Below, piece after piece: positions 10,102-21,518 of a DNA stretch of 64,000 bases (its first letter is position 1; the number at the start of each line of letters is the position of its first letter). The notes beneath the pieces were generated by a model. The model ran no database searches. It was given only the letters and a program-made list of their open reading frames with translations, and was not told the origin of the DNA. Origin of the DNA: Obrimoposthia wandeli (taxonomy: Eukaryota); NCBI GenBank assembly GCA_977020255.1, contig CDROCS010002749.1:1-64000 (forward strand), written 5' to 3'. Position numbers and translations under genes: made by a program.

Positions 10102-11031
10102 TTATAGCTGATAAAACTTCTTCAGTTTAGGCAGTAAGGCCGCGTCCGCAAATAACTGAATGAAGTGAAACAGTACACAAAATAGTACTGCATCGCCTAC
10201 ATTTTGATTAAAGCTGGCCAGTATGCTCACGGCTACCGGTAAGGTTTTTTGCGATGCAGTAAGCGCCATTGCTACTCTAGCGCCGTTATCTATGGGTAAA
10301 AATTTAGCCGCTAACATGGCGATTAACATCAAACCAAAGTGCACAATAATGGCAGCTAAGGCAATTTTCGCCAGTGCTAATAGGCTAATGTCGTAGAGTA
10401 TAGCTGCCGATGCAGAAAGTGATAACCATACGGCCATGATCACCATCGTGGATGGAAGGTAGGTTAAGAATGGATGTTTTGGAGAAAACATATCTAATTT
10501 TTTAAACAAGAAACCGGCAATAAATGGGCACAGCACTAATATCACTAATTTTTGCAGTAGCACAAATGGATCAATAGCAAAGTCTATATTTTCACTGGCC
10601 GTAATACCTAGCATGAAAGGAATAGAGAATACCCCTACAATGTTAATAATCACTGTCATCATCAAAGCCCAAGTGGCTCTGCCGCCCGCTAGATTGGTCA
10701 TAACGATGCAAGTAGATAGTGTAGAGGGCACTGCCGATTTAACTAACAAACCGAGCGTTAAACCTAAGCTCAATTGCAGTAAACTTGCGGTTAATAAGCC
10801 CAGCAGTGGTGATAATATTAAACAAATAAAACTGGTGGCAAGTAAGGTATAAACAAAAGAGCTATCTGTTGGCAGCTCTTTTAATTCTGTTTGGTAACCA
10901 TTCACAAAGAATATGATGATAACGCACCAAGGTATGAGCCCTAGCTCTTTAAGAAACACACCAGGCTCTGGAATTAGCAATGAGATCAGTAGACTTAGAA
11001 ATAGCCCAACAGGTAAAAAATATGTCTTCAT
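10102..11031 (-). CDS. Bile acid:sodium symporter (BASS/SBF-like) family transporter
   Basis: 309 aa polytopic protein with VPSTLSTCIVMTNLAGG and ASQKTLPVAVSIL motifs. Confidence 0.85.
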   Translation of the reverse strand: MKTYFLPVGLFLSLLISLLIPEPGVFLKELGLIPWCVIIIFFVNGYQTELKELPTDSSFVYTLLATSFICLILSPLLGLLTASLLQLSLGLTLGLLVKSAVPSTLSTCIVMTNLAGGRATWALMMTVIINIVGVFSIPFMLGITASENIDFAIDPFVLLQKLVILVLCPFIAGFLFKKLDMFSPKHPFLTYLPSTMVIMAVWLSLSASAAILYDISLLALAKIALAAIIVHFGLMLIAMLAAKFLPIDNGARVAMALTASQKTLPVAVSILASFNQNVGDAVLFCVLFHFIQLFADAALLPKLKKFYQL

Positions 11032-11326
11032 AGTAAGCTCTTAGTACATAAGTTATAAAAATTTACGCGAGTATAGCGAATAATGAACTGGCTTTGCTAT
11101 CAATCTACTGAAAAATTCTGATTTATTCGAAACTAAGCTATTGATTCTTTTAGATGATCATTAACATTGGCGAGCAGCAACTAAGACTAATTTTGAATAC
11201 TTAAAGCTAGGTGGCGCTTCAATCTTTTATAGATAAGTGAGGTTAGTAAGAAGGGTAGTTAGAGAGTTAGTGTGAAGGTAAAAAAAAAGGACTAATGCTG
11301 AATAAGCTGGTTTTTTAATATAAACA

Positions 11327-11465
11327 GAGACCTTTGCACAAAGTAGCGAGCGACAGTGAGACAAGGCAAAAACAAGCGAAAAACCGGAGTTTATGCCTAT
11401 AAATGAGGATTTTGAGCTTGTTTTTAACGCCGTATCACTGAGTGCAGTAATTGTGCAAAGGTCTC
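11327..11465. mobile_element. 139-bp MITE with perfect 15-bp terminal inverted repeats and 5-bp target duplication
   Basis: GAGACCTTTGCACAA (11327-11341) and TTGTGCAAAGGTCTC (11451-11465), flanked on both sides by AAACA (11322-11326, 11466-11470). Internal pairings CAGTGA/TCACTG and AAAAACAAGC/GCTTGTTTTT. Confidence 0.85.
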
Positions 11466-11566
11466 AAACAGCATTAATGATTTTGTTTACTGTTATATGT
11501 AACCTCAGCAATCAACAAATGGAGTTAGCCCTTATGTTGATTACTGAGGTTATTGGAGCCAGTTAG

Positions 11567-11828
11567 GGAAGTAGCGAACAAGTCCCAGACGCCCCTGGCG
11601 CAGAGGATTGTTTGTGATTGAGGCAATGATTACAGACGGGCTGGTTGCCCGGCGAAAATCATTAACAAAGAGCACGAATAATCCTGTACGCCCCGTAGGG
11701 TAGATCTCTAAGCGGTCGCTCCTTTGTCAGAACATTTGTAAAGGACTAGCCATTCACTTCACGTTCTTGCGCGCATTTAACCGCTTAGTCATCCACAGGG
11801 AATATCTGGGGACTTATTCGCTACTTCC
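11567..11828. mobile_element. 262-bp IS5-derived MITE
   Basis: Left end GGAAGTAGCGAACAAGTCCC and right end GGGACTTATTCGCTACTTCC, flanked by TTAG on both sides (YTAR target typical of IS5). No transposase ORF inside. Confidence 0.85.
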
Positions 11829-11887
11829 TTAGTCTTGATTGAGACTATTAAGCTTGGTAAAATTTAATCTAAATAGCGAAGAAACTA

Positions 11888-12856
11888 TTATTGAACGCTT
11901 TCATTTTCGCTAAATAAACCGTCACACAAAACGGTTGATAAATAGCGCTCGCCTGAATCGGGCAGTATCACAACAATCACTTTATCTTTGTTTTCAGCTT
12001 GTTCAGATACTCTTAAAGCTGCAGCGACAGCAGCGCCGCAAGAGATGCCCGCTAAAATGCCTTCTTTGGTCATCAGTTCTTTTGCAGTGTCTATGGCTAA
12101 TTGGTTATCGATAGTTTCCACTTGATCAACCAAATCTAGATTTAGATTGCCAGGGATAAAACCTGCACCAATTCCTTGAATTTTATGAGGAGATGGTTGC
12201 AGCGGTTCGCCTTTAAGGGTTTGGCTAATAATCGGAGAATCGGTAGGTTCTACGGCAACACTAGTGATTGCTTTACCTTTAATATTCTTAATATAGTGCG
12301 ATACCCCAGAAATAGTACCACCTGTGCCGACACCGGCGACAAAAATATCGACAGTTCCATCGGTATCATCCCAAATTTCAGGGCCAGTTGTTTCTACATG
12401 GATAGCGGGGTTAGCAGGGTTTTGAAATTGCTGCAACATTAAATGGGTTGCGCTATTTTCTGCAACGATTGATTCAGCCGCCGCGATAGCGCCTTTCATC
12501 CCCTTTGCAGGTTCTGTTAAAACAATTTCAGCGCCCAGCATTTTCATCAGCTTACGACGCTCTATACTCATAGAAGAGGGCATTGTTAGTGTGAGCGAAT
12601 AACCCCTTGCAGCGGCTACAAACGCAAGTGCAACCCCAGTATTACCACTAGTAGGCTCTACTAAAGTCATACCTTTTTTCAAAGTGCCTGCTTTTTCTGC
12701 CGCCCAAACCATGCTGGCGCCAATTCTACATTTAATAGAGCCTGCTGGATTACGCGATTCGATTTTGGCATACACATTTGCATTAGGGGCTAAATTCTTC
12801 AAGCGGACTAAAGGTGTTTTACCAATCGATTGTGAGTTGTCTTCAAATACATTCAT
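11888..12856 (-). CDS. cysK: Cysteine synthase A (O-acetylserine sulfhydrylase)
   Basis: [16 protein letters not shown] (PLP Lys), [28 protein letters not shown]. Start taken as ATG 12856. Confidence 0.95.
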   Translation of the reverse strand: MNVFEDNSQSIGKTPLVRLKNLAPNANVYAKIESRNPAGSIKCRIGASMVWAAEKAGTLKKGMTLVEPTSGNTGVALAFVAAARGYSLTLTMPSSMSIERRKLMKMLGAEIVLTEPAKGMKGAIAAAESIVAENSATHLMLQQFQNPANPAIHVETTGPEIWDDTDGTVDIFVAGVGTGGTISGVSHYIKNIKGKAITSVAVEPTDSPIISQTLKGEPLQPSPHKIQGIGAGFIPGNLNLDLVDQVETIDNQLAIDTAKELMTKEGILAGISCGAAVAAALRVSEQAENKDKVIVVILPDSGERYLSTVLCDGLFSENESVQ

Positions 12857-13234
12857 TATTTTTATCCTATAAAGTTTAGGCACGATCACAAGTTGCGAGA
12901 TATGACTTACAGAACCTGACTTAAGTCTTTGCCCGTATAGTTAATCGGTTTTCAATAGACCATTGCTTTTGGAGTTTGATGTTTATAGCTTTAAATAATA
13001 TGTGACTATCTTGTTTAAGTAAGCTATCTAACTACTATTATTGAGGGTGTTTCGATATTTGCCAAGTATCAAAAACCAATTGTTTTGTTATATCGATATA
13101 GCTGATAGTTAAAAGAGATTCACCTAACAAGTGCAACATATCAGCAATTACCTACCTTAGCGCAATATGACTAATGTTTTATTTAGTAACAATTTATTAG
13201 ATAACGGCCACTATCAAAATCACTCATGTTGACA

Positions 13235-13247
13235 TGAAGGAGCTTCA
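13235..13247. promoter_or_regulatory. MetR box upstream of metH
   Basis: TGAAGGAGCTTCA; its reverse complement TGAAGCTCCTTCA matches the MetR consensus TGAANNTNNTTCA. It lies 95 bp upstream of the metH start. Confidence 0.65.
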
Positions 13248-13341
13248 AACTGGTCACGGGCAGAATCGATTATACTGCGTCTAAGTTATTGAATACTGCT
13301 TACAGATTCGATTGATCATATAAACATAGTTAGGAAGTATC

Positions 13342-16300
13342 GTGAAATCTTTTGCCCATATAGTCGATAAAACTCAAGAATTAAAAACATTGCTAGCCAA
13401 CAGAATCATCTTTTTAGATGGCGCAATGGGAACGATGATTCAAACCTATAAACTAGAAGAAGCCGATTATCGCGCAGAGCGTTTCAAAGACTGGCCGGTT
13501 GATGTGAAAGGCAATAATGATTTACTAACGCTTACCCAACCACAGATTATTCAAGAGATACACGAGCAGTATTTAGCCGCCGGTGCTGACGTCATTGAAA
13601 CGAACACTTTCAATGCGACTGTGATCGCGATGGCTGATTACGATATGCAAACACTGAGCTATGAAATCAATTACCAAGCGGCTCAAATTGCAAGAGCGGC
13701 GGCTGATAAATATGCAACACCCGCAAAGCCAAGGTATGTCGCGGGCGTTTTAGGGCCAACTAACCGTACGTTATCTATCTCACCAGATGTGAATGATCCA
13801 GGCTTTCGCAACGTCTCTTTTAAAGAACTGGTCAGCGCTTACGTTGAATCAATTGATGGCTTAGTCAGCGGCGGTAGCGATATCATTTTAGTTGAGACCA
13901 TCTTTGATACGCTCAATGCAAAAGCGGCAATTTATGCAATAGAGCAATTCTTTGATGAACATCATTGTCGTTTACCAGTAATTATCTCGGGCACGATAAC
14001 CGATGCATCGGGACGCACGTTATCAGGGCAAACTACCGAAGCTTTCTACAATTCAGTGCGTCATGCTAAGCCAATTATGATTGGTTTGAACTGTGCATTG
14101 GGCCCTAGGGAACTACGCCAATATGTAGCTGAACTTTCATCTATTGCCGATACTTTTGTCTCAGCACATCCCAATGCTGGATTACCCAATGCATTTGGCG
14201 AATACGATGAAACGGCAGAGCAAATGGCCAAAGAAATGGCTGAATGGGCACAATCAGGTTTCGTCAACATGATAGGTGGCTGCTGCGGTACTACTCCTGC
14301 ACACATGAATATCATTAAAGCACAAGTTGAGCAGCATGCACCGCGCAAAATTCCTACCCTCAAAACGCAGTGTCGTTTGTCAGGTTTAGAGCCGATGAAT
14401 ATCGCTGAAGATTCACTGTTCATCAATGTAGGTGAGCGCACCAACGTAACCGGTTCTGCGCGCTTTAAAAGGTTAATTAAAGAGCGCGATTATGAAACGG
14501 CCTTAGAAGTTGCGCGTGAGCAAGTAGTTAACGGAGCACAAATCATCGATATCAACATGGATGAAGGCATGCTTGATGCTAACTTTGCCATGGAGCGTTT
14601 CTTAAAGCTTATCGCCACTGAACCCGATATTTCAATCGTGCCTATTATGCTAGATTCGTCAAAATGGGAAGTGATGGAAATAGGCTTGCAGTGGATACAA
14701 GGCAAAGGCGTAGTCAATTCAATCTCACTTAAAGAAGGGCGCGCGAGCTTTATCGAAAAAGCCCAAATTATTCGCCGCTATGGCGCGGCGGTGATCGTAA
14801 TGGCTTTTGATGAAGATGGTCAAGCGGATACATATGAACGAAAAATTGAAATTTGCGAGCGCTCATATCGTGTATTAGTGGATGAAGTGGGCTTTCCTGC
14901 TGAAGATATTATTTTTGATCCCAATATCTTTGCTATCGCCACCGGCATTGAAGAGCACGATAACTATGCAGTCGACTTTATTCGCGCCTGCGCTTGGATT
15001 ACAAAAAACTTACCTTTCGCCAAAGTTTCTGGCGGTGTCTCTAATGTATCTTTCTCATTTAGAGGTAATAACCCTGTACGCGAAGCGATTCACTGCGTAT
15101 TTCTTTATCATGCAATCAAAAACGGCATGAGTATGGGTATTGTTAATGCAGGACAACTGGCCATTTATGATGATCTTCCACACGAGCTGCGCGAACACGT
15201 TGAAGATATCGTACTCAATCGTCGCGCTGATGCTACTGAGCGTATGCTCGACATTGCAGAAAAATACCGTGGCGATGGTAGTGTGCAAGAAGAAGAGCAA
15301 CAAGAATGGCGCTCTTGGGAAGTCAATAAGCGCTTATCGCATGCACTAGTGAAAGGTATTGCTGATTTTATCGACGAAGATGTAGAAGAGTGTAGGCACT
15401 TATATAACAAGCCTTTAGAAGTGATTGAAGGGCCGTTAATGAACGGTATGAGTATCGTGGGTGATTTATTTGGCTCAGGTAAAATGTTCTTGCCACAAGT
15501 GGTGAAATCAGCACGTGTGATGAAAAAAGCAGTCGCATATCTGATGCCTTTTATCGATGCACTAAAAGAACAGGGCGAAAGCAGCAGTGCTGGTAAAATA
15601 GTGATGGCGACAGTGAAGGGTGATGTACACGATATTGGCAAAAATATTGTGGGGGTAGTGTTGCAGTGTAATAACTATGAAATTATCGATTTAGGAGTCA
15701 TGGTTTCAGCGCAAAAAATTCTAGAAACCGCCAAAGAACACAATGCTGACATGATCGGGCTATCAGGGTTAATAACGCCGTCACTGGATGAAATGGTGCA
15801 TGTGGCAAAAGAAATGCAACGCCAAGATTATCATATTCCGTTATTAATCGGCGGTGCAACCACTTCAAAAGCGCATACCGCGGTCAAAATCGATTTAGGT
15901 TATAAAAATGATCAAGTGGTTTATATTTCCAACGCATCAAGAGCGGTAGGCGTAGTAGGCACTTTATTATCCAAAGAGCGCAAGCCTGCTTTAGTGCGCG
16001 AAACACAACAAGAATATCAAGAAATTCGAGAGCGTTTTGCTGCGCGCGCTAATGATCAACGCCGCGTAACCATAGAGGCGGCCAGAGAGAACAAGCAAAA
16101 AATAGTTTGGGATAACTATGTGCCTCCAGTACCTAAAAAGCTGGGCGTACAAGTCGTAAAAGATTTTGATATGCAAGAACTAGTCAGCTACATAGATTGG
16201 AGCCCGTTTTTCCATACCTGGGAACTAGCAGGTAAGTATCCTAATATACTCTTAGATGAAGTAGTAGGAGAGCAAGCGACAATTTTATTTGGCGAAGCGC

Positions 16301-17046
16301 AGGCAATGCTAAAAGAGGTCGTCGATCAAAAACTATTCACCGCGCACGCAGTGGTTGGTTTATTCCCTGCATCCGCAATTGAAGATGATATAGAAATTTA
16401 CACGGATGATGAGCGCAGCCAAGTACTTTGTACACTAAACAACTTACGCCAACAAACTAGTAAAATAGCGGGAAAAGCCAACCACTGCTTAACCGATTAC
16501 ATCGCACCAAAATCAACGGGTTTAAAAGACTATATTGGTAGCTTTGCGGTAACCACTGGTTTCGGCGTAGAAGAGCTGGCTAAAAAATATGAAGCAGATT
16601 TTGATGATTACAATAGCATTATGGCCAAAGCAATCGCCGATAGATTAGCAGAAGCTTTTGCTGAATATATGCATGCCAAAGTGCGCCGTGACTATTGGGG
16701 ATATATCACAGATGAAGACTTGGATAACGAAAGTTTAATTAAAGAGAAATACCAAGGAATTCGTCCAGCACCGGGCTACCCTGCGTGTCCTGACCATACT
16801 GAAAAAGCTAAAATTTGGTCACTGCTTGATGTGGAGGATAGTATCGGCTTAAAACTCACTGAATCATTCGCAATGTTCCCTGTTGCGGCAGTAAGTGGTT
16901 GGTACTACTCACATCCACAATCGCAATATTTTGGTGTAGCTAAAATTAGTGAAGATCAAGTTGAAGAATATGCAACGAGAAAAGACATGTCACAACAAGA
17001 AGCTGAGCGCTGGTTAGCACCTAATTTGGGTTATGAGCCTGAGTGA
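13342..17046 (+). CDS. metH: Cobalamin-dependent methionine synthase
   Basis: [30 protein letters not shown]12-binding [13 protein letters not shown]-terminal [14 protein letters not shown]. Confidence 0.97.
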   Translation: MKSFAHIVDKTQELKTLLANRIIFLDGAMGTMIQTYKLEEADYRAERFKDWPVDVKGNNDLLTLTQPQIIQEIHEQYLAAGADVIETNTFNATVIAMADYDMQTLSYEINYQAAQIARAAADKYATPAKPRYVAGVLGPTNRTLSISPDVNDPGFRNVSFKELVSAYVESIDGLVSGGSDIILVETIFDTLNAKAAIYAIEQFFDEHHCRLPVIISGTITDASGRTLSGQTTEAFYNSVRHAKPIMIGLNCALGPRELRQYVAELSSIADTFVSAHPNAGLPNAFGEYDETAEQMAKEMAEWAQSGFVNMIGGCCGTTPAHMNIIKAQVEQHAPRKIPTLKTQCRLSGLEPMNIAEDSLFINVGERTNVTGSARFKRLIKERDYETALEVAREQVVNGAQIIDINMDEGMLDANFAMERFLKLIATEPDISIVPIMLDSSKWEVMEIGLQWIQGKGVVNSISLKEGRASFIEKAQIIRRYGAAVIVMAFDEDGQADTYERKIEICERSYRVLVDEVGFPAEDIIFDPNIFAIATGIEEHDNYAVDFIRACAWITKNLPFAKVSGGVSNVSFSFRGNNPVREAIHCVFLYHAIKNGMSMGIVNAGQLAIYDDLPHELREHVEDIVLNRRADATERMLDIAEKYRGDGSVQEEEQQEWRSWEVNKRLSHALVKGIADFIDEDVEECRHLYNKPLEVIEGPLMNGMSIVGDLFGSGKMFLPQVVKSARVMKKAVAYLMPFIDALKEQGESSSAGKIVMATVKGDVHDIGKNIVGVVLQCNNYEIIDLGVMVSAQKILETAKEHNADMIGLSGLITPSLDEMVHVAKEMQRQDYHIPLLIGGATTSKAHTAVKIDLGYKNDQVVYISNASRAVGVVGTLLSKERKPALVRETQQEYQEIRERFAARANDQRRVTIEAARENKQKIVWDNYVPPVPKKLGVQVVKDFDMQELVSYIDWSPFFHTWELAGKYPNILLDEVVGEQATILFGEAQAMLKEVVDQKLFTAHAVVGLFPASAIEDDIEIYTDDERSQVLCTLNNLRQQTSKIAGKANHCLTDYIAPKSTGLKDYIGSFAVTTGFGVEELAKKYEADFDDYNSIMAKAIADRLAEAFAEYMHAKVRRDYWGYITDEDLDNESLIKEKYQGIRPAPGYPACPDHTEKAKIWSLLDVEDSIGLKLTESFAMFPVAAVSGWYYSHPQSQYFGVAKISEDQVEEYATRKDMSQQEAERWLAPNLGYEPE

Positions 17047-17781
17047 CCTTTAAGCTATTTACAGAGGTAACGCTTCTCGTTTTTAAATAATAAAAGAAAG
17101 GAAAAGCGCAGCCAATTTCGGAGTTATTGATTGAAGTTTGTGGGCAAACTTAATGAATGATTGTTTTTGGTACTCATTCTCTTAATTAAAGACTTCTGCG
17201 TTTGAAGCGTATTTCTGTATGCTACTTGGCTGCCGACTTTATGAGCATCCAGACCAATAAATACTATATTATTGTTTTACATGATTATTTCTCACCATAT
17301 GATATGTTTCAATTTACATTATGGCTTGGATTAGTCCGATCCGTGAGTTTGGGACTAAAAAATAAGAGGTAACCATTATGTCTATTAGTATTTGGAGTTC
17401 AGATGAACTTTTGAAAGGCAGTACAAGAGGATGCAATCGGGATTATTTAGTTAGTTTCCAACTTACCTGAAAAACATACCTTTGTCGCAAGTGCTATAAG
17501 TACTATCTTACCAATAGTAAGTTTTAGAGCAACGGTGCGAAAAATTTTTACCTAGAAAAGAGGTACTTGGTATTAAAATATTATAGACTGATAAGCGTTA
17601 GTCAGCTTACGTCGAATATAGAGTGGATAAGCAATGTAGGGAAGAGGCCTACTGCCGCAAATAGATTCTTCATCTATCTCATACTTAAAATAATTTACAA
17701 TAGACAATATTTTAATTCATATATCAGTTTTACAAGGCATGTCGGAAAAAAATAAATATATACCGGGAGGTATCGTACATA

Positions 17782-19341
17782 ATGAAAAAACTTATTATTA
17801 CTGTCGTTTGTCTGATGTTCGCTGTTGCGCTTGCTGCAAACATAGCAACAACCGCCGTTATCTCAAAAAGTGAAATGGAAAGAGTCATTCTCGAACAGTC
17901 GTATGATAAGGTTTCTTTACTTGCTGTGAATGCACAATATGTCTTAGAGAAATCAGAACAGCCGATTGCTGATATGACTGCATTGGTTAGAAAATTGAAA
18001 AATCGCCCTGACATTTCTTACGCAATTCTAATTGACAAAAATGTGCAAGCAGTTGCTCATAGTGACGAGAAAAAGCAAGATAAAGTGTATAGTGATAAAT
18101 ACACTCTTGCAGGGGCAAAAGAAGGTAAAAAGCAGCATTCTATGTGGTATGCCGAGGTACAAAAAACTTGGGTTTACGATGTGATGGTTCCAGTCTATGT
18201 TGATGGTGCTTTATATGGGACATTTGATGTTGGGGTTCCTGTACTTGAAGTAGAAAGTGTGACGATGTCTATTATTGTTAGTCAAATATTGGCCACACTC
18301 ATGGTTTATCTTATTTGTATTATTATATTACTTTTCCTAATCAACCGTTTTCTGAAACCGATTCATCAGATGCAGCGTGCATTGGAAGATATATCTAAAG
18401 GAGAGGGAGATTTAACGGCTCGATTGCCTGTTTCAGGTAAAGATGAGATTGCTGCCATATCAAATGCATTCAACGTTTTTGTTAGTAAAATACAGGGCAT
18501 AATTAAACAAGTCTCCATTACAGGTTCAGATTTGAATATTACTGCTACTAGCTTAAGAGATCAGTCGAAAATTGCGCTTGATCGAGGTCTAAACCAAAAC
18601 GAAGAAACCTTACTTGCAGTTAGCTCAATGCATGAAATGACAGCGACTGTGAATGAAATAGCTCAAAATGCAGCGACGGCAGCACAAAGTGCCGATAAAG
18701 CGAGTGGTGAGACTCGCTCGAGTGTAACAGTGCTCACTTCAGCTAATAATTCAATAAAATCTCTGGCAATAGAAATGGCTAATATGTCATCAGTCATTTC
18801 TGCGTTAGATGAGAAAACAGAATCAATAGGTTCTATCCTTGTTGTTATTAAGCAAATATCTGAGCAGACAAATTTACTCGCTTTGAATGCTGCTATTGAG
18901 GCTGCCCGCGCAGGGGATGCAGGTCGTGGTTTTGCTGTAGTCGCTGACGAAGTGAGGAATTTAGCAAGTAAAACAGCACTTTCGACAGAACAAATCCAAG
19001 AGATGATTGATGGTTTACAAAGTGAGGCAAAAAGAGCTGTAGCTTCAATGCATAGTAGTAAAGCCCTTACTGATGATGGTTCTAGTGCGACAGGTGAGGC
19101 GCAAACCAGTCTAGAAGAAATTTTTATTCAGATAAACCAAATATCAGATTCAAATACTCTAGTAGCAACGGCGACTGAAGAACAGTCAGCAGTTGCGGTG
19201 CAAATAAAAGCCAAAATGGAGTCGGTAAGTAGCTCTGTAAATGAAGGTTTAGAGGCAAGTAAAGAGCTTGAAAAGACGAGTAGTCAATTAGGGGATTTAT
19301 CAATAACTTTAGACAAGTTAGTAAGAGCCTTTAAAGTATAA
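17782..19341 (+). CDS. Methyl-accepting chemotaxis protein with single-Cache-like sensor domain
   Basis: Two TM segments, HAMP domain, signalling hairpin [34 protein letters not shown]. Confidence 0.92.
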   Translation: MKKLIITVVCLMFAVALAANIATTAVISKSEMERVILEQSYDKVSLLAVNAQYVLEKSEQPIADMTALVRKLKNRPDISYAILIDKNVQAVAHSDEKKQDKVYSDKYTLAGAKEGKKQHSMWYAEVQKTWVYDVMVPVYVDGALYGTFDVGVPVLEVESVTMSIIVSQILATLMVYLICIIILLFLINRFLKPIHQMQRALEDISKGEGDLTARLPVSGKDEIAAISNAFNVFVSKIQGIIKQVSITGSDLNITATSLRDQSKIALDRGLNQNEETLLAVSSMHEMTATVNEIAQNAATAAQSADKASGETRSSVTVLTSANNSIKSLAIEMANMSSVISALDEKTESIGSILVVIKQISEQTNLLALNAAIEAARAGDAGRGFAVVADEVRNLASKTALSTEQIQEMIDGLQSEAKRAVASMHSSKALTDDGSSATGEAQTSLEEIFIQINQISDSNTLVATATEEQSAVAVQIKAKMESVSSSVNEGLEASKELEKTSSQLGDLSITLDKLVRAFKV

Positions 19342-19634
19342 TTTAAAATATGTACTAGTGTTATTACCAAGGAAAAGTATCGCGCAAAATATCCAACATT
19401 TTTTTGTAGCATATTATCAGGCTCTTGCTGACCTAGTAATACAACGGTGATAGTTAAGCTATTTTTTAGTAAGTATACTATTTCAAAGCTGATCAGACAG
19501 TTACCCGTTTTAACGTAATCTGTCTGTTTAGTTTTGAGCTAAACACTTCTCCGCTCTAATGATTTTACTATTAATCAGTTATGCTCATTGTTTTTCAAGA
19601 TAGTTGTCCTGCATAGGTTTTTATTATACAACCA

Positions 19635-20245
19635 CACTAGTGTCCGGTTAAGTATTTTAATAAATCATATTGCCTATGTTCCTCCTGTTCAGTTTAGAAG
19701 CTCCATTATGTCTCTACGTTCCATCAAATTTGCACCGAGACAGATCAGAGTGTTTGCTTACTTAAATGGGTTAACTTCAGCTTTTACTATTCTACCAAGA
19801 CCTGACATCACCCCGTTTCTATTTTGGCTGATATTTATCTTGAGGTTCTGTTTGATCCATTTAAAGAACAGCTCTTTTTCCCAACGCTGTTTATATAATG
19901 CAGCGATCTCAACCGCTGAACGCGATAAATCATTGGTGATAAATACGAACTCTTTGATCTTCTTGTGACACGGCGTAAATCAATTGGGCAATCCTTCTTT
20001 CCTTTGGCACTGCTTAGGCGGATAGCAACGTACCAATATTGTTGTGTTTGTCTTCATTCGATAGAGTTATCCTGATCCAGAGAATAAAACCAGCTGGCTC
20101 ATCAACAACATAGGTCGTATTTGACATCATCGGTAAATTATTCAATTCTTTAGTCGTTAGTTTTGGCTTCAGTTAAGGTATACAGGGACTGCTGCAGTAG
20201 GGTCATACACGGTATGCAGCTTTATCCCGGCCTTCTTTGAACGAA
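19635..20245 (-). pseudogene. IS4-family transposase remnant with right inverted repeat
   Basis: Minus-strand fragments in different frames: KKAGIKLHTVYDP, TEAKTND, TTYVVD, and FITNDLSRSAVEIAALYKQRWEKELFFKWIKQNLKI (YREK motif, 19851-19896). IR CACTAGTGTCCGGTTAAG at 19635-19652. Confidence 0.85.
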
Positions 20246-20480
20246 ACGTTAAAAATTAAGAAGTGGTCGAGTGAGGAAGTTTTGAACACTTTATTGAGCA
20301 AATAATAGAACGTTTCGGCAAAATAAAATTTCACAAGAAAAGTATGACGGGGAATAAATTTTAAGTTGATTGAAAATGCTGTTAGAATTTTCACGACAGG
20401 TTTGGAAAATAGCTGTAGTTAACTATTTTACAAAAAAACTGGTGGTCATCCTCAAGGTTAGCTCTGCTTACTCAATGAAG

Positions 20481-20590
20481 TTTGCTTTAGATACCAAAAA
20501 TCAATATGTGAAAATAAAACCTAGAACTTCAAAAAACTGTTTCTACCTTTTGCTTTAGACCAAAAAAGTGAAAATAAAACCTAGAACTTC
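20481..20590. repeat. Imperfect tandem duplication, about 60 bp period
   Basis: GTGAAAATAAAACCTAGAACTTC at 20508-20530 and 20568-20590; TTTGCTTTAGA at 20481 and 20549. Confidence 0.8.
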
Positions 20591-20800
20591 TGTTTGATGT
20601 TCATAAAGTGTCGCTATCAAGTTTGCCAAATCATGCGTGATTTTTCCGATTGCTGCGGGGTGTGGTTAGTATTACTCCCATACTAAATCGTAGCATATTG
20701 GTGCAGTTAGAATCAGTGACCAATATGCAAAAAGAGCAGATGTTACAACAAGAAGCTGCACACAGGTTTGCTAGTAATCAATATTTTGTAATTTATTAGA

Positions 20801-20829
20801 TTGACGTTTCTATATTTTATGAATATGGT
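20801..20829 (+). promoter_or_regulatory. Putative sigma70 promoter of the TetR operon
   Basis: TTGACG-17 bp-TATGGT. The -10 lies inside an imperfect palindrome, ATGAatatggtgTCAT (20819-20834), a possible TetR operator. Confidence 0.45.
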
Positions 20830-20867
20830 GTCATAATCATAAATAAAAAAATAGCGAAGCATAAACT

Positions 20868-21518
20868 ATGCAAACAATCTATAACTATGCACAAAGCATA
20901 GTTGCAACAAACGCAGATAAGAAAAAAAGAGATCGTACCAAAGCTGCTATTCAATTTGCGATGTGCCAATTATTGGAAGAAAAGCCGCTATCAACCATAA
21001 CTATTGCGGAGGTGTGCAGCGCTGCAAAAATCGCTCATGGCACTTTTTATATTTACTTCACTGATCGAGAAATGTTAGTTGCCCAGTTGTTGATTGGTTT
21101 TGTCGATTTTATTCAAAATACCATGCTGTTCCAATCGAGCGAAGAGCAAATAGATCCCGTGAAAAAAACCACGGCGGCCTATATAGAGCTGTTTGAGAAA
21201 AACACCGGTTTAATGAAATGCCTACTTAATCATCACGAGGATTTCACGGTACCGAGTGAGCAGTTCCATAAATTAAATGTTATTTGGGCAAAAATAGTGG
21301 TGAGTGCTGCAATTAAAGGAATATCAGAGAACCCTACTAATACAGATCCTGAGGAAGAAGAGCTGTTGCGTAGGGCGTTCGCGCTAGGGGGGATGGTAGA
21401 TCAATATTTAGCAACGGTTTATATCCATAAAGATCCGGTACTGAAAAATTTATCACAAGATAAACAAAAGGTGATTGAGACGCTCTCATTCATTTGGAAG
21501 CAGGGAATGGGTTTATGA
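20868..21518 (+). CDS. TetR/AcrR family transcriptional regulator
   Basis: HTH TITIAEVCSAAKIAHGTFYIYFTDRE. Confidence 0.9.
   Translation: MQTIYNYAQSIVATNADKKKRDRTKAAIQFAMCQLLEEKPLSTITIAEVCSAAKIAHGTFYIYFTDREMLVAQLLIGFVDFIQNTMLFQSSEEQIDPVKKTTAAYIELFEKNTGLMKCLLNHHEDFTVPSEQFHKLNVIWAKIVVSAAIKGISENPTNTDPEEEELLRRAFALGGMVDQYLATVYIHKDPVLKNLSQDKQKVIETLSFIWKQGMGL

Noticed and set aside
12890-13341. Cobalamin or SAM riboswitch upstream of metH
   Set aside because: No B12-box or other riboswitch core was recognisable; only a MetR box is supported.
19588-19968. 126-aa plus-strand ORF in the track
   Set aside because: It is the antisense shadow of the IS4 transposase remnant, whose YREK motif is on the minus strand.
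20481-20590. Repeated 23-mer considered as a mini CRISPR array
   Set aside because: Only two copies, non-palindromic, the intervening sequences partly repeat each other, and there are no cas genes.
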